This document shows positions 49,028-63,561 of a stretch of 64,000 bases of DNA, one piece after another. Both the position numbers and the translations under genes were made by a program. The stretch lies in contig OZ059898.1 of NCBI GenBank assembly GCA_964057225.1, forward strand, positions 7,750,001 to 7,814,000, in the 5' to 3' direction. Source of the stretch: Auanema rhodensis (taxonomy: Eukaryota > Animalia > Nematoda). Each line of letters starts with the position of its first letter. The first letter of the stretch is position 1. The notes beneath the pieces are model-generated. The model did no database searches, was not told the DNA's origin, and worked only from the letters and a program-made list of their open reading frames with translations.

Positions 49028-50680
49028 TTAAGCCTTAACCATGTCCTTCTTGAGTTTTCCCATGAAGGCAGACTTTTCGGCAGAGGTCTGGAAGCGACCG
49101 TGTCCAGTCTTGGAGCTGGTATCAATCCATTTAAGGTTGATCTTCTCGTGAGCGAATCTCTTGGTCTGGACGATGAGGGATTTACGGAGAGTGATAAGTC
49201 TCTTCTTGGGTCCAAGAACAGGTCCGCGGATCATGACGTAGTCTTGTCCAACAATACCGTAACGTGGGAATCCTCCCTAAAATTAAAAAATTTTCAATGT
49301 TAAATAAAAAGTTATAAATAAATTGCTGTTCTCAGAATTAAAAAAGGTTATCCTCATTCACAAGTGAGTATTGCAGACTGTATCGTCATTGAACAGCAGA
49401 ATTACGGAAAATCGACATACCATTGGGTTGATGGTCTTTGGAGTGATATCGGTTTCAGTGGAACCGTTGTTCTTTCCTTCTGGGGTGTTAGCAGAACGTC
49501 CAATACGGTAGATCTTCTTGTTAATGTGAGTTCTGTGGTGGTAACCCTTCTGACCGGCACGAGCAACGGTGAAGGCAACACGGGATGGATGCCAAGCTCC
49601 AATACAGGCAACCTTGCGGAGACCCTTGTGAGTCTTGCGAGGAAGCTTCTTGGTGTGCCATCTGCTGGTTACTCCCTTGAATCCATGACCTCTGGTTACA
49701 CCAATGGTGTCGATCATTTCATCTTTAGCGAAAACGTTGTCGATTGGGATCTGCTTCTCAAAGTGTTCGCGGCACCAGTCAACCTTCTGCTCAACAGTTC
49801 CTCCGTTAACTTGGATTTCCATGATGTGAGCCTTCTTTTGCTTGCGCTTGAGGATAGACATCTAAAATAAATTGAAGCATTACTAAGAACAGAATTGCTA
49901 ATCATACCTGAGTGTGAGCAATAACTCTGATGGTAGAGCAGTACTTCTTCATCTTGTTAAGATCGGAATCGATAGCCTTCTTACCATCCTCATCTTGCCA
50001 CTTCTTGGCGTACTTGGTGAAAGCCTTCTTCTTGGACTTGCCCCTGCAGAGAAGATTAGATGATTGAACGCAAGCCAAATATGACTAAGGTGTCAAACGG
50101 CCATAGCAAGTTCAATCCTTTCATATCTTATAAAAATAAAATAGAGGAAAGTTATCATCATTACTTGCATTGACATTATACTCATGCTAAAAGCAGAGGA
50201 GATAACGTACAAGCTTTATAAAAAAAGCTGTAATCGTAACGTAACCTTATTTTATGGAACAATAACTGACCAGTTCTTGTAGAAGCGACGTCTGCAGTCG
50301 TCAGAGATGTGCTCGGAGAAGACAGACTTGAAAGCACGTGGACCACGTGGAGTGTCGATGTATCCAACAACACCGATGATGACCATTGGTGGGGTCTCAA
50401 CGATGGTGACGGCTTCGACGACTTCCTTCTTGTTAACCTTTGATCCTGGTTTGTCGACCTAATTAACAATACTTATAAAAATTCTCTTAGATAAAATACA
50501 TACCTCACGGACGATGTGAGTCATACCAGCCTTATATCCGAGGAAAGCGGTAAGGTGGATTGGCTTGGAGGCATCATCCTTAGGGAAAGCCTTGACTCTA
50601 CCGCGGTAAGTTCTGGAGCGCTTCTTTGGGGCGAAGCCCATAGATCCATGTCTGGGCGCCGAAAACTTTCGGTGCGACAT
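49028..50680 (-). CDS. rpl-3: 60S ribosomal protein L3 (uL3)
   Basis: [16 protein letters not shown]...[18 protein letters not shown]...[24 protein letters not shown]...[14 protein letters not shown]; strong codon bias. Confidence 0.98.
49325..49397 (-). ncRNA. Intronic box C/D snoRNA, predicted guide for the 5.8S rRNA Gm75-equivalent (SNORD96-like function)
   Basis: Lies in the last rpl-3 intron. 7-bp terminal stem GCUGUUC/GAACAGC, box C AUGACGA, D' CUCA, C' AUGAGGA, box D CUGA. Guide GUCUGCAAU is complementary to the 5.8S sequence AUUGCAGAC. Confidence 0.85.
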
Positions 50681-53600
50681 TGTACCCTGTAATAATAATC
50701 ATAATGAGGTGAATTCTTAAATAACGGAAGAAACAATAACACGCAGAAAATATATATTTGATTTAAACATTGAAATGAAGTAGAAGGCATATAGCTAAGG
50801 TACAGTTGAGATTTTTATTAAAACATAGGCCCAAAAACTGAAAAAGTCAAAAAGTGTATGAACACACTTTGTTCGTGGTGCGTCTTTTAGTTACAGTAAA
50901 CCTTTGCAATAGGGCGCGCTATCGGTGAAATTTACAATTCTATCGAGATAAGAAACAAAATTTGCGAAATTTTTCGCCAGCAAGAGATATCATAGTTTTT
51001 TTTGTATCAAAGATCATTTTTATTTAATTAAATGGAGCATTCATAATATAATATGTTATTTTTGTTAGTTATCTTTATTACATGGAAATTGAATTATATT
51101 AACAGCAGATACGAGCTTATACAGTACAATATTTCCATATTCGTGGGTTAGATGATATGCTTCACTATTATAAATAAGGTTGCACAAAGTTTTATGTTTT
51201 TGTTATTGTTATATCAACGAACAGTAACTTTCTATAAAGAAAATTGGGGGTATTCGAGTCTTAAACATATCTGGTACAACATTAAAACAATTTAATTTCA
51301 TTACAAAATGTGTATACTTAAAAAGTAAAATGCTTATTACAATAGTTTAATTTCAGGGCATACTTATTATAAAAATTATCAAAGGCTGTTATTTCGATAC
51401 GTATTCTTTTTAAAGTTTCAGATACGTTTGATGCTTGATTGGACAAATATCAAAGCATGAAGCCATTACGGGCGATGAAAGTTTGTTTCACTAGAAATGA
51501 ATTAATAATGAAGGAAAACTAGTGGTAGAGAAATAAAAAAATGTGTCGTTCGAATAGTTAGAGTCCCCTGTTCCTTTCTCTTAATTTCTGTTATTTATTT
51601 CAATGAAAAATTTGAAGTTGCATGCCAACTTTCAATCATTTACTTCTGCTGCAAATATTTTTCCTGTCAATTCTTCCGTTTCTATTTAGATTCTGACTTT
51701 TGTAAGTAAGATTTTTATAAAAAATTACTGAAAACATTGCGTGAATTGATAGAGTTGCCAAAAGAACATCAAGTTGCTTGGCAGAACGAAATAGTTGTTG
51801 TCATTAAGCTCCCCTATTGAAAAGCCGAATATGTAAGAATGCAAGTTAGAAATGTAACCAAGTTCGCGTTACATGTGTTAATTTTATGTCCTACATGAAA
51901 TTGAAAATTACAAGCCTCATTTAAACTAGTTCTTCATCAAAGATTAACTTTGTTTCAGCCATTTTTCGTATTTGTATCTAATTCTAATGTTAGAACTTTC
52001 TGTTTTTAATACATCTGTTTCATTATTTTAAGTTTACAATTAATATTTAAAATATAACTGGTCGGCTTTTTCAAAGCTATTAGTATTGTGGATCTGAGAA
52101 CATTTTCTCAATTTTATTTATCAACATGATTTGGTTCCGGTAATGCCAAAGACAACGTGAAAAGAATGAGGTCTGCAAAGGCATTTCAGTTAAAAAAATA
52201 ATTAATTGTGAACATTAAACTCATTAGTGTTTCAATTAATTATTTAAAACAAATGTTTTTGCTCTGTTCCAACAATAGAAAAACCGAAATCCAAAAGATC
52301 TTTCTGTCTTCTCATCCTGCTTCTTGGCGGATAGATTTATTTTGCAGCTGCAGTACTTTAAACTATATCTACATAACTTTCATGTTGTCTTGAAAATAAA
52401 TATACTCAAATCAAGCTACTTATTTTATTTTTTCTTCCTAACTCACAACCATTTTAATCGTAATTAGCTGAAATTCGTTAGAAGTCGTTGTCGACTCTTC
52501 CTCCTTCGTGCAAACTGACCCGTTTAAGATCAAACTTTAGGCTTATTAATGATTCAAATGATGATAGTCAAACTCTCAAAGGGTAGAGTAGTTAATAGTG
52601 AGAATGACATAAAATACTTGCTGAAATGCCTTTTAGTTATATTATCTTATTAGATGGTCTGCTTTATGCGTTCCGTGAATATAGTGGGCATGAAGCCAAA
52701 ATGAAAAATATTCTGTCCTATGAACTTTAAAATAATCAAAATGTGAATGTTTTTCTCTGAACACACACGCATATATATGATTCTATGTTTTCTATTATTT
52801 TCTTATATTTCCTTTGTCCTGGCTCTGTCAAAGACCAGCGTAGAAGAGTCAAGCAGAATGATCTAATATGAAATAGATATTCTCCTGCGACTATTTGATA
52901 TAGCACACGGATAAAAAACTTATCTGTTTCTTTTTTTAACATTTTTTAATTCTTTTTTTTTCTAATTACTATTTAATAATTGGATTATGTTTTTTTCAAT
53001 ATGTAGCATAACCTTTTGGTTTTTATGTCTTTTTTTTAAATATATATGTAAATATAATATTTTTTAAATATATACTTATGTATACCATGCATCACAATCC
53101 TTTTTTTTTAGTTTTTGGTACCATTGTGCAAAGTAAAAAATAGTTTAACAGTAATTATTATTTGTTCTTTAATCTACATACACAAGATTTCTATCTGTCA
53201 ACAATTATAAATCTATATAAAAGTTGTAACGACTTTGTAAATATAAAATTATTGGAAAAGAAAGATTTACGAGCAACTCGAAGTAACGGAAAAGATTAAT
53301 AGTTGTGGGAGAATGTTGGTTGAACACTCTCTTCATATCCGGAATTATCACATTTTTTATGTTAATTAAAGCTTTTTATGATATTTCCAACAAAAAAAAA
53401 CGGTGAATGAAATAATTTGCATTACCTAAATCAAATTTTATAAATCATCAAATGTTGATAGGAAGAATGATTTTGTTTTTCAGAATTTGCCAAGCATGAC
53501 TTAATCGCTTCTTGACAATTCAATCTTGAATGATTTAGGGAAATACAAAACCAGAAAATACAGTTACTACTATAAACTATTTACTGCCACTGTTAATTGG

Positions 53601-56600
53601 AAACATTTTAGAAGTTAAGGTGTTTCTATGTTTGATTGGATGAATATCATTATAGAGTAACAACTTACTTTCGGTAAACATTGTGAGAACGATTTACAAT
53701 GAAATCTTACTTTCGTTTAATTTATCAGAAGTTGATATATGTATAAGCACATATATATGTATTTATGTACATAAAAAATATATATACAAAGTTATATTAT
53801 ATACATATATACATAAAGCTCTTTTTACTTTATATATATATATATATATATATATGAAGGCCTCTACGCTTTTGTTATTTTTCCGGTGGAAACAATATTA
53901 TCTGCTTTCTGCTATTCCGCTTTTCTTTCGTCATTCTTGCGTTTATTCTTCTCCTTTTCTTACTAATCCTAGAACTTTTTGCTTTGTTTTTTTCTACAAA
54001 AATTTGGTCAAGAACCTTCGGATATACTTTTATAATGTAATAACGTAACCTTTGAAAATAATCTCACATGATGGTTGTTGATTTGCATAGCTTGAAATAA
54101 TATATTTTATTAAAGGTAATATGATGTTTCGTCTATTTGTATATACATATTCAACAATTGCATGTGATATTTAAAATTTTGTTTAAAGTATAACTGTCTA
54201 TTATTTTCGAATATTCTTGAATATGTACGCTTCAAGTAAATTAATTTATATATTATTAGATTAAAGGTCTTGTTCATAAGCAATGATATATAAAGTTTGT
54301 TTGGCTGGGAACACCTTAAATAACAAAAAAATCATCTGACCTTTCGTGCAACTTCCGTTTTTTCGTCTGTATACTACTCTCCTTTTAATAATTGATCTTT
54401 TCATGTTTTCAACTTCTTATGGCTGACTTCATGATTCTAGTAATATATTCTATTGTTTCACCTTAAAGTGTGTGTTTAGTTCCTTTTTTTCTTCCATATT
54501 CATTACTATTTATTCAAACATTTTGAATAAATCCAATTCTTTGCTATGTTGTATTCTATAAACATATGTGAAACTTTCGAAAATATTTTGTAAGTTTAAA
54601 AAATTATGTTAATCTCTCTTTTCAGAAAGTCAAAGAGTCATTAAGAGCTTGAAACTGAAAAAATGTCTTAAAAGGTTTTAGTTTGAACATTTCTCTCAGT
54701 AGTTATATGATTATCGGATTATTACATATTACATTATACGGTAGTCATCATTTTAGTTCAGACTATCAAATTTCTTCTTGATGAATATGATTTGCTAATC
54801 ATAATCATATGTTTTATTAAACATGTTAATCTTTTTGATACGATATCTTTCATACATATAAGGATTCTTTTGCATCTTTCTCATGTAAATATTTGTAGTA
54901 ACCATTGAAATTGCATTGAAAAAAAACAAAAAAGAATAGATATGTTCTCATATTTTAGATTTTTTTGGATTCATAATGCGCCTTCTACGTCTTGTATCGT
55001 TTCTGGATTATTCGTTCTTCAAAATGTGTCTTTCAGCCACTTCCTAATTCAGACTTTTGTTCTTTTTCATCTGTTTTCGATGATAGAACTGAAACAGTGC
55101 AAAGAACTCTGATGACAATGTTTTCTCTATTGTCAGGAATAGGAGAGCTTGCTGTCAGGATATCTCTTCAGATGTTTGCTCATGCTTGTGCTGGTCTCAA
55201 GGCTTCCTTTTTTTCTTTCGAACTTGAACACTAATTATTACATCTTATCTTGGCATTTCATTCTCCTTTCTTGGATATCTCTGGTATTCAATATGTCCTG
55301 GCATGTATCAGCCTTAAATTATTTTCTAAAGAACTCATTTTAACTTGATTTGTATTGCTTTTTGCTATTACACATTCATATTTTAACCTATTCTTCATAA
55401 ATGACGTTGAATCGATTTCGAAACAATGAATCTATATTTTCCTTACTATTATACATGTGTATATGTACTTTATGCATGTTGTATTTATGCTAGATTGAGC
55501 AGTATTTAGCCAAAATTAAACAGTTCAATGAACGAAAAAGTTCTCTTTCAGAACTTTCTTTTTTTAAATTTTGGAAGGCATATCTAGGTATTTTTCTCAC
55601 CTGGTTTATCCTGCACTTGTATAAACCAAATATTAAAATGCGATATTAATCATATTTTACATGCCTTTGTCGGAAATACATGTATGTGTACTACTTTCAT
55701 AAAATCGTACTTGCTGAGAACAATGTTGAATTCTGATGATCAGGAGACAATAGGAAACGAGCAATCGTCTTAGCCTGTGTAAATACATTATTATTACGTT
55801 TTTCATTTATTTCTGATTTTTTACTTTACAAGAGGAAGCATACCCCAACTGGTGTTCCCAGCTGTTCATTCGGATACATAATATATATACATACATGTAT
55901 GTATGTGTTTCAGTTTTTTTTCTGAAAATGCGAAGAGCAATTCCAAATAAATTGCAATTTCATTAGCTTTATTCATTCATAAGTTGCACATTTGCCAGTG
56001 CTTATGATGCTTATACGGGGGTGTTCATCACTTCTCACTACCAATTATTTATTCTCTAACAAAATTTCCTATTTGTACAACTTCATATATCTCAACTTTT
56101 AATCTAGAACAAAAATAAATCTTTTTTTTTCTTGTCGTCATAATTTGCCTGGCCTTTGCTCTCAACCACGTTGAGATGTCATTAAGACTTACATATGCAC
56201 ATGTATGTACATGTATATACATATAAGATGCATCTTGATCTTTTTTATAACGTATTTTGGTTCATATTCTCAATGATATCATCATGAACAAACATATGCA
56301 TGTGATAATTTGGATGTAGTAATCTAATAATACATACATATGTGAATTAAACACATACATATACGAAATTATTTCCATTTCATGTGAAGTATGTAATAAG
56401 ATAGTAATTTACTATTTTATTCTTAAATATACCTTTATTCTGCTATTTATCCATTGATCTTTCATAATAATCGAAGCGAATATTTTGATGTCGGAAACTA
56501 TTTTGAATTCCTGATCATGATCTTTTTTCTTATCTGTTTCCCAGATATATAAGCTAAGAATTTCTTTCCGTATGATGGATTTCACACTACCTAGAACTGA

Positions 56601-57976
56601 ACTACTTCGCTTTTCACATTTTTTTTTAGTTTAAGGGCTTTCACAAAAAAAACTAACCGATGTTTGTAATCCTATCTTCTAGAAGTGTTTCTTGCTAATC
56701 TCTCCTGGATAAAAGTTCATTCCTACATTTCAAGCATTGACAGTTGAGCATATTTGTGAAATTCTCTTCAGACAAGGAGTAGTTGCTGCCTTGTTTACTT
56801 CGCAAAGTGTAGATATAACAACTAGAAGAACCATGTAAATTAAACTAATACACCCGTGAAACAAATAAATTAAAAAAAAGCAACCATTTCTTTCTGCACG
56901 TCAATTATAAATAAGATTTTGACGCAATTAGCATATTAGCATGTTGCTGCATTGCTCTCTAACATTTCATTCCCGTTAGAGAATATGCATAATTGAATGA
57001 GATTCTTATCCGTTGGAAGTATGTGAATTATTTGATCCCATTTAATATTTTAGTATTTTGATACTGAATTAGAGATTAGAGTCATTTAAATATTTATTTT
57101 TTTTATATTATTTTCACTTTAGTTTCACTATATACATATATATTTATGTACACATACATATATGCATATTTGTATGTATGTGTATGTAAGATAGCTTGCA
57201 TTGGTTTATATATAGCATAAGTAAAAAAATTGCAAAAACTATGTGTTTATATTAAAATGTAATTAGCATCTTGCTCATTTCTACTACATTTCTTTCATCC
57301 ACTTTCAACTTCAGTGGAGTTTGACGCTGCTTCAGCTTTTTTAATGAATTTGCATTATTTATCACTACCACTTTATTACTAGTGTTATCCTTCTATGTAA
57401 AAGAGATATTATAAAATTCAAAGGTCAGAAGCAGCCTTATAACTTTAAGCCAGTTGATTTTATGTTTCAAAACTTTTTACTATAATCATTTTTTGACGTG
57501 TTCGCTTGTGTTTTGCAAAAAAACATCAACTATATGGGTATATGTTGTGTGTCTGATTTCTATTTCATTATGATGAAGTCTTATTTGTTTGAATATATCA
57601 CATAAATATACATCAATAGTCTAGATTTCTTTCCATTCGACGAAAAAATTACTGTGGATGTTAAGCAAATCTTTATTTTCATCTTTTTTTGTTCATTTTT
57701 GAAGCACAAAAATTCATCATAACTGATCTGGCTGTGTTTTTTCACTAATTGTTGTTTTCTTTTTTGTAAGTTTGCCTTTGATACATCTGGTTTTTGACGT
57801 TTCTACTTTTGTTTTAATCTTCACGCATACGTACTTTATATTAGAGTGAAAATTTTTGAATTTAATATATTAATTTCAATCTGCAGCGTTAATTTCGTCC
57901 TGTTCTGCTCTTATTCTTCATTTTTCTAACTTTTTCACACTGTTGTATTTCTATAAACGGCTAAAATTTTTCAGAC

Positions 57977-60900
57977 ATGAAGGATGTTATCACCAGCTCT
58001 CGTCAAGATTCGTCAAAACGTGAGTTCATTAATAGTTTATACAGTAATCGTCAAATATATATTTATATTAGAAATAAAAGATTAATTCTCGAAATACTGA
58101 ATAATTTACTGCATGTAGCAATACGAAAGAAAGTGTAACAGTTAGATAAAAAAAGAAAATTTGTTTTTTTTTATAGAATCATTATAAATTATTCACGTAT
58201 AAAACTTCAAAACTAATCCAATTGGATCAGCTTCCAAAATGTCTAATACTTAATATTGTTTTAATCTTTCTATTATCTTGTCGTACCCCAATATCTTAGT
58301 TGACGTATACTCAATAGTTTTTCATATCGAGTATATTTTCTTTGTTTTCCTCAGCTTATAACGATTGAAAACCATATTATCAAAATATTTTCTATATTTT
58401 ATTGAAAATATAATAATTGCCTGATTTACTTTTAAAAACGTATGTACTCTCAAAACTTAAATGATACTCTGTTTTCGACAAAATATTGTCTAGCTTAGTG
58501 TGTATGTGTTCAAATGTTGCACATGTGCATGACGATGACTCTATTATTAATTCCGGCTGTGTTGGTAATCAGTTGTTTGGTACGAAGCATTACTTTCGTT
58601 GTCAGCTTAATTTTTTTGCTTGCAACATTAAAGCTTATTCATATCTGACCACATGTATATACACTTCAATATGTTTCGAGTTTTAAATTAAAGATTTTAA
58701 ATTCTATTTTCTTCGACTATTTCTTTCTTCAATCTCAGAACACAAATTATATTTATATTTATACATAAATATATATTTTTGCATATTATAAACATTTATA
58801 TGTACCTTCAATCGACTGCGTGATTAATCAATTTCATTTACATTTTATTTTGAATTATCTTTATAATTCGAGAAAAGAAATATTAACGTGCTATGAATAT
58901 GCATCTACTTAAGTCGTTCAAATAACTTATCACAAGTAATTTGCATATTACTTGCGTAATGAACTTCACGTGTTCAATATCCAGCATTTCATTTTGAAAT
59001 TAATAGATTCACGGAACGGTTATGTTCTAGGTTTTCTTCTAACTTCGTTCAATATTTCTTGGAACCAAAAATTTCATCTATCCTTCTTTTTCTATCGCTT
59101 ATATTATTCATTTCTTCCAAAGTTATGTAATTGATCTTTTTGTTGCTAATGAAGACCAAGTAATTGGAGAAATCATTGACGATTAAACGCTCATCTTCTC
59201 ATAAGGTTTACTTAATCTTGTTTCTTCTATTTCCCTCTTCCCACTCGTTATAATTTCTCCGAGAAGCTCAAATTTGCTTCTCTTCATGTAGATATCTTAA
59301 AAGTCTCAAAGTATCATAACTTTTTTAAGATATCAAACTAAAATTTGGTTTAAATGTTTCAAACTACTAGTATCTCAACACCTCAACATTATCTTGGTGA
59401 ATAAAAAAATATTTAAAAAAATAAAGGAATTATAGGAATATTTTGCAGTTTTTATTTGATAGACATACATACAGCTGTAGCTCTATTGCAGTTTACAACT
59501 ACTCATCCTTTCTTTTCTCTTGTAGAATTTTATACACTTCTTTCGTTTGACATTTAGTTTTTGCAAATTTTTTTCACGGACTTCCCAAATAATTTTTGCT
59601 TTTTTAAACAAATCTTTGTTTTCTTATTGTTTTGATAAGTTTTTCCAGTAATTGTCGTCTTCAAAATAGTGGTTTCTTGTCTCAAAATTTTAAATTAATT
59701 TGATGAGAAGTATAAATCAATTAGTCTGGTGCTATACGTAATATCCTTTAATCTTCTTTTGAGTTCAAATAGAGTATGAAATTGGAAATGTGTAAAAAGC
59801 TTTTCCGAAGAGCTCTACTATATAAATTTTTTACTCGGTGTATTATAATTATATTATTACAAATATATCCAATAATTAAAAGATATGAACCCACATATGT
59901 AAAAGATATTTAATCTTTAATATATATAAGAACCCTTAAAAGAAACAGTCAATTAAAGAACGAGTAGCTGTAACTGATAGACTAAAATTATTGGACTGAA
60001 TTATGTGATTGAAATATACTAGACTTCCTAAATATATTGAATTAATGACATGAGGGTCCTTCAACAACTAGGTTTTTGCTCCTATGACAATCCAACAAAT
60101 TGGAGTATTTACCTTGGCATTAAGATATATTTTCCTCTGCTGCAATTCCAGTATTATTTGCTTTATTTCTACAGAAAGCCTTTTTTTGCTTTGCTAATCC
60201 GTTCAGGTGTTTCCTTGATGTTTTGTAGTTAGAGCAGTTATTTTGTCTTTGTTGTTTTGTACATCCTTTTAGCTTCAATAAATACATTTGATTTTCTAAT
60301 TCTCCTTCTTTCTAGATTTACGTTTTTACCGGAAACATCTCTAACGTTCTAGGGTTCCGGAAGTAGCTTAAACTTTTGTACTATTGCTAACTTAAATATG
60401 AGAGACAGCAAGTAAAGCGAAAAAGACGCTTTTTCTTGGTTTTGGCTTTATTTGGCATTCTTCTTCCTTCCTCAACCGTACTTCCGATCCAAAAAGCTCG
60501 ACTGAGAAAACTTGAGCCATGAAATATTGTCAACCAGAGTCCTTTCTCAGAAAAAAGAAGGAAAGAAGCCTTCATTTCAACTAACTGATTCTTCTTTAAT
60601 TGGTCTTATTTGTCATCAATCCGAATGGAATCAAAGGCTTAACCAGTCGTTTTAAAGCATACTGTTGACGTCAAAGAAACAGTATATTTTAAAAAATTCT
60701 CCTTTAGCTTTGTTCGTTGCATGTATGTTTAAACTTCAAAAAATTTAAAAATATTATATATGATGAATATGGGTCCATTTACACTTTCTTGTTTTCCAAT
60801 TATTTCTTTCTTATATTTTTAATTAGACGAATGTATACCTTAAACACCATTTTGAAACTTTTTAATATAACCATCTTTTTATTTTACAAAATTAGCTTTA

Positions 60901-62315
60901 TTCATTATGCAGAAGCTGATCTCTCTCATACTCTCACTTATTTCAATTCTCTGTTCTCCCTCATTAACACCTGCTATTCGTTCGAATAGCTCATCTGCAA
61001 TAACTATTTCCATTTATTATAAAAATGGAATTAAATTTAATTATATTTTGCCACAACTTCATTTTCAGGAGCCATGTGTCGTGGTATTCGAATACAGGAT
61101 GAATGGACGTTCCTTTGTGGCCTGTGGTTGAGGAACAGATCAATCGTCATCGTTTTAGCTATCATTCAACTTGTTGTAGCTTGTGTTAGTTTTGCTCAAC
61201 ATGTTTATTCAGTTACAAAATTCAATAAGGTATGTTTCACTTTACTTTTCTGTTTACGGTAATATCAATTTCAATATTTTAAGATATTTTTATGTTCCTT
61301 CAATGAAACATCCCCTACTGCTGCTAATTTCCTCGCAGCTGATGTAATTATCTTTGATTTCGGTCTCTTTCATGAGCTTATTCAGGTTATTAATTCCATT
61401 AAAATGCTACTAACTAATTATTCTTTGAAGGTTCAAGAGTGTATAGCTAACTATCTAGATGGAGGATACATGAGATGTCTTTGGTGCATAGGCCAAATCG
61501 CTGCATTAACATTAACAATAGGTATGGTAACATTTTAAAAATATTATAAAATAAACATTTTTTATATTGTTTATGATATAATCTCTTTTTAAGGCACATG
61601 TGTTTGTGTTAAAAATCCACATCCACTTGTTTTATGGCCAGTTTTGATCATTCAAAATGCTTATTGTTTTGGTTTAGTCATTCTCACAATAGCAACAGGT
61701 AACTTTTTTTTATTTTAACACAGTTTTTGAAAATTCTGTTTAGAAAAGTTTTGTTGAAATAAAAAGAAACTATATTTTGAGATTTTCAATTTATAAAAAA
61801 TTATAATGTAATTTAAGTTTAACGAATTTCTTAGTTAATATAACTTAGCACAAAAAAAAAGTTTAAACATTATATTTTCTTTTGATTTTAAATTAAATTG
61901 AAAATAATATGTATTTCAATAAAATTTCAAATAATAATAGCTTTTTGTTTAATAGTATGTCATGTTAATATAATAACAATATCTACATATGCTATTATAA
62001 ATATGTGTATAATATTAACATATATAATATAACAAAGAAATATTATTACAAATTATATTTAAGAATTAATCAAAATATCATATCGAAAAAAACATCGTTT
62101 CAATTAATTAATTGATTTGTTCAATTGCAGCTGACAAACTACTCGTTTCTATACTACATCCGATAAATCCACATCTTAATTTGCTCATCTTCTACTTCGG
62201 TGTTGGAACTTGCACAAATCATTTGTTTGATTATATTTTATGGCATTACTATTGGCATGAAGAATATCAGTATATAAACAGAACGGGAAAACATGTTTTA
62301 CCCTTTTGGGTATAA
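57977..62315 (+). CDS. Nematode-type four-pass membrane protein (exons 57977-58019, 61069-61229, 61284-61385, 61431-61521, 61594-61698, 62131-62315)
   Basis: Phases are consistent across six exons. Four hydrophobic segments with a Cys-containing loop (DFGLFHELIQVQECIANYLDGGYMRC); ends LWHYYWHEEYQYINRTGKHVLPFWV*. Exon 1 is less certain. Confidence 0.8.
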
Positions 62316-63561
62316 AAAATCTTAAAAGAGCAGAAAAAAACCTTTTTTTTAAACAAATTGAAATGTATTATTAAATAGGGAATCTTTTAGTATGATGCAG
62401 ATATAGCTTATTTATTAAGAATCTGCAGTTTTCTATGTTTCTCAATATACTTGATATCATTAGCCAAATAGTCAAAATACAGTGATCTCCGTTTTGTCCA
62501 TTTATCTTTTTGCTTTTCATATATGATTGTTCAACAAAATACTTTATTTTGTTTCTTAACTATGGGTATTGTTGTTTTGTTTCTCAAGCTTAAGAATTTA
62601 ATAAATATTTTTAAATATTTTAATTTTTTTTTGATTTGATCGTCAAACGTCATGGGTAATTGTCTACAAAGCAATTCGAATAAGGTCAAGGTTTTGTTCT
62701 CAACTGTGCGTGGCCTCATGACAATATTCTGACCCTCTTCTATTTTTTGATCACTTTTCTTATATCATAGTGTTCGTTTTAAAAATTTACTAATTTATTT
62801 TTATCAATGTATCTCATTTTTAATTAATATTCACTGAGCTTTGCTTTTTTTGTTAAATTAATATGAAGATTCTTGGCATTAAGCTAATCAAGCATTCTTT
62901 TTTTCTCTACAATATGATCTTGTATAGATACGTATATATACACAAATAAGATATATATAGTTATCTATTTGTATAATATTGTATAGTTAATCCTTCACTG
63001 AGATCATATTCATTTCATGAAAGTATCTAGAACGATTACATCTGAAATGCAGGTATTCAACAAACCAAAAAAAACTTTTCAAAACTATTGAATCATTTGA
63101 CAAAGAAGTCCCACTCATTGGAAAAATGTGTGTTGGTTTCGCTACTCCATGAAAAATTAATCATCGCCATCGTTGCCTAAGACTGCTTCCGTTTGACGGG
63201 AGTATTACCAAGAATTTGAACCTCGCTTCCTCACCTGAGAGCAATGTGATCAAACTCGTTTGAGAAACACATTTGTGAAAGTAATAGAGTCAATAATTAA
63301 TAAAAAAAATAGATAATTCTAAAAATATTTTGAAAAAAAAACAGTCACGAATAACTTTTTTGAAAACGATCGCAGTTGTTTCTCAAGAACTTAACTCACA
63401 TGGGTTTATGAGATTTTCCCCCAACATAATTAGAGAAAAAATTGTTTCTCCAAAAATGATTTCATATGCTAAGAAATGCCAGATTATATGTTTTCAGAAT
63501 TATGAAATTATGTTATAATAACATTTACACCTTATATTCTTTCTTCCTTATAGGATCGTTG

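Noticed and set aside
48940-49870. Long antisense/alternate-frame ORFs over rpl-3 (e.g. 49364..49870 +, 48974..49303 +) and over cct-1 (29938..30240 -)
   Set aside because: Shadow ORFs expected from strong codon bias in highly expressed genes; no independent splice or start signals.
50145-50162. Box C-like AUGAUGA in the 227-nt rpl-3 intron
   Set aside because: No downstream CUGA box D or terminal stem, so it is not called a snoRNA.
51000-60900. Short F/I/Y/L-rich ORFs and TA/TACA palindromes (e.g. 53683..54048, ~55885-55905, (TA)n at ~53830)
   Set aside because: Low-complexity AT-rich intergenic/intronic DNA; no coding signature or spaced-repeat structure.
62990-63025. bantam/miR-58-like TGAGATCAT
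   Set aside because: No adjacent complementary arm to form a hairpin.
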